Position numbers and translations under genes: made by a program. A stretch of 56,996 nt of DNA from Candidatus Tectomicrobia bacterium RIFCSPLOWO2_12_FULL_69_37 (GTDB lineage Bacteria; UBA8248): NCBI GenBank assembly GCA_001790955.1, contig MGDP01000055.1, forward strand, positions 1 to 56,996. Reading direction: 5' to 3'. This document shows positions 56,594 to 56,996 of this stretch, piece after piece. The notes under the pieces were generated by a model, which worked only from the letters and a program-made list of their open reading frames with translations, made no database searches and was not told the DNA's origin. Each line of letters opens with the position of its first letter. The stretch's first letter is position 1.

Positions 56594-56621
56594 GCAGGGG
56601 CGTTCAGTTGAGCGCCCCTAC
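56594..56621. repeat. REP-like element, variant B'
   Basis: GCAGGGGCGTTCAGTTGAGCGCCCCTAC. Related to 52442..52469, with AGGGGCG/CGCCCCT arms. Confidence 0.7.
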
Positions 56622-56664
56622 GGGTTCCCCTGCGTGTGCGGATGGAATGGGCCGGCGGCAAGCC

Positions 56665-56996
<332 letters not shown>

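Overview
GC-rich bacterial chromosomal window (about 70-75% G+C in spot counts of the housekeeping blocks) with about 55 protein genes, one tRNA and no rRNA. I saw no CRISPR array, and no transposase or phage genes. Taxon cannot be assigned from sequence alone.

Layout:
- 1-21.9 kb: a single minus-strand housekeeping block with many 1-34 nt start/stop overlaps. It reads argF'(partial)-argD-argB, hslU-hslV, xerC, trmFO, topA, smg, dprA, a YbgF/CpoB-like TPR lipoprotein, RNase G, a fused TIGR03960/TIGR03936-type radical SAM protein, and rodA-mrdA-mreD-mreC-mreB.
- 22-37.4 kb: a PpiD-like chaperone, an orphan AbrB-like protein, alpha-glucan phosphorylase and thiD-cupin. Then a cysK-cysO-cysM-mec sulfur-carrier cysteine cluster followed by a disrupted Rrf2 regulator. 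Then a PQQ sugar dehydrogenase, cytochrome P460, a DHDPS-like protein, a Gfo/Idh/MocA oxidoreductase, DinB and lgt.
- 37.5-57 kb (accessory-looking): a GC-depleted module, described below, that abuts tRNA-Glu(CUC). Then a MoxR/VWA pair, a radical SAM/SPASM gene divergent from two tandem double-YciI paralogs, and a solo DNA-repair-type radical SAM gene. Then two ZIP transporters separated by a REP cluster, a DUF4160-DUF2442-HicB trio, a thrC-like gene, a class III aminotransferase and an amino-acid ABC transporter.

Best candidates for new biology:
- The GC-depleted module: a frameshifted coiled-coil/multi-TM protein, a CDP-alcohol phosphatidyltransferase::Vps62-like fusion and a GT2 glycosyltransferase.
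- The radical SAM/SPASM plus di-YciI locus.

All family assignments come from motif recognition by eye. No database search was run.
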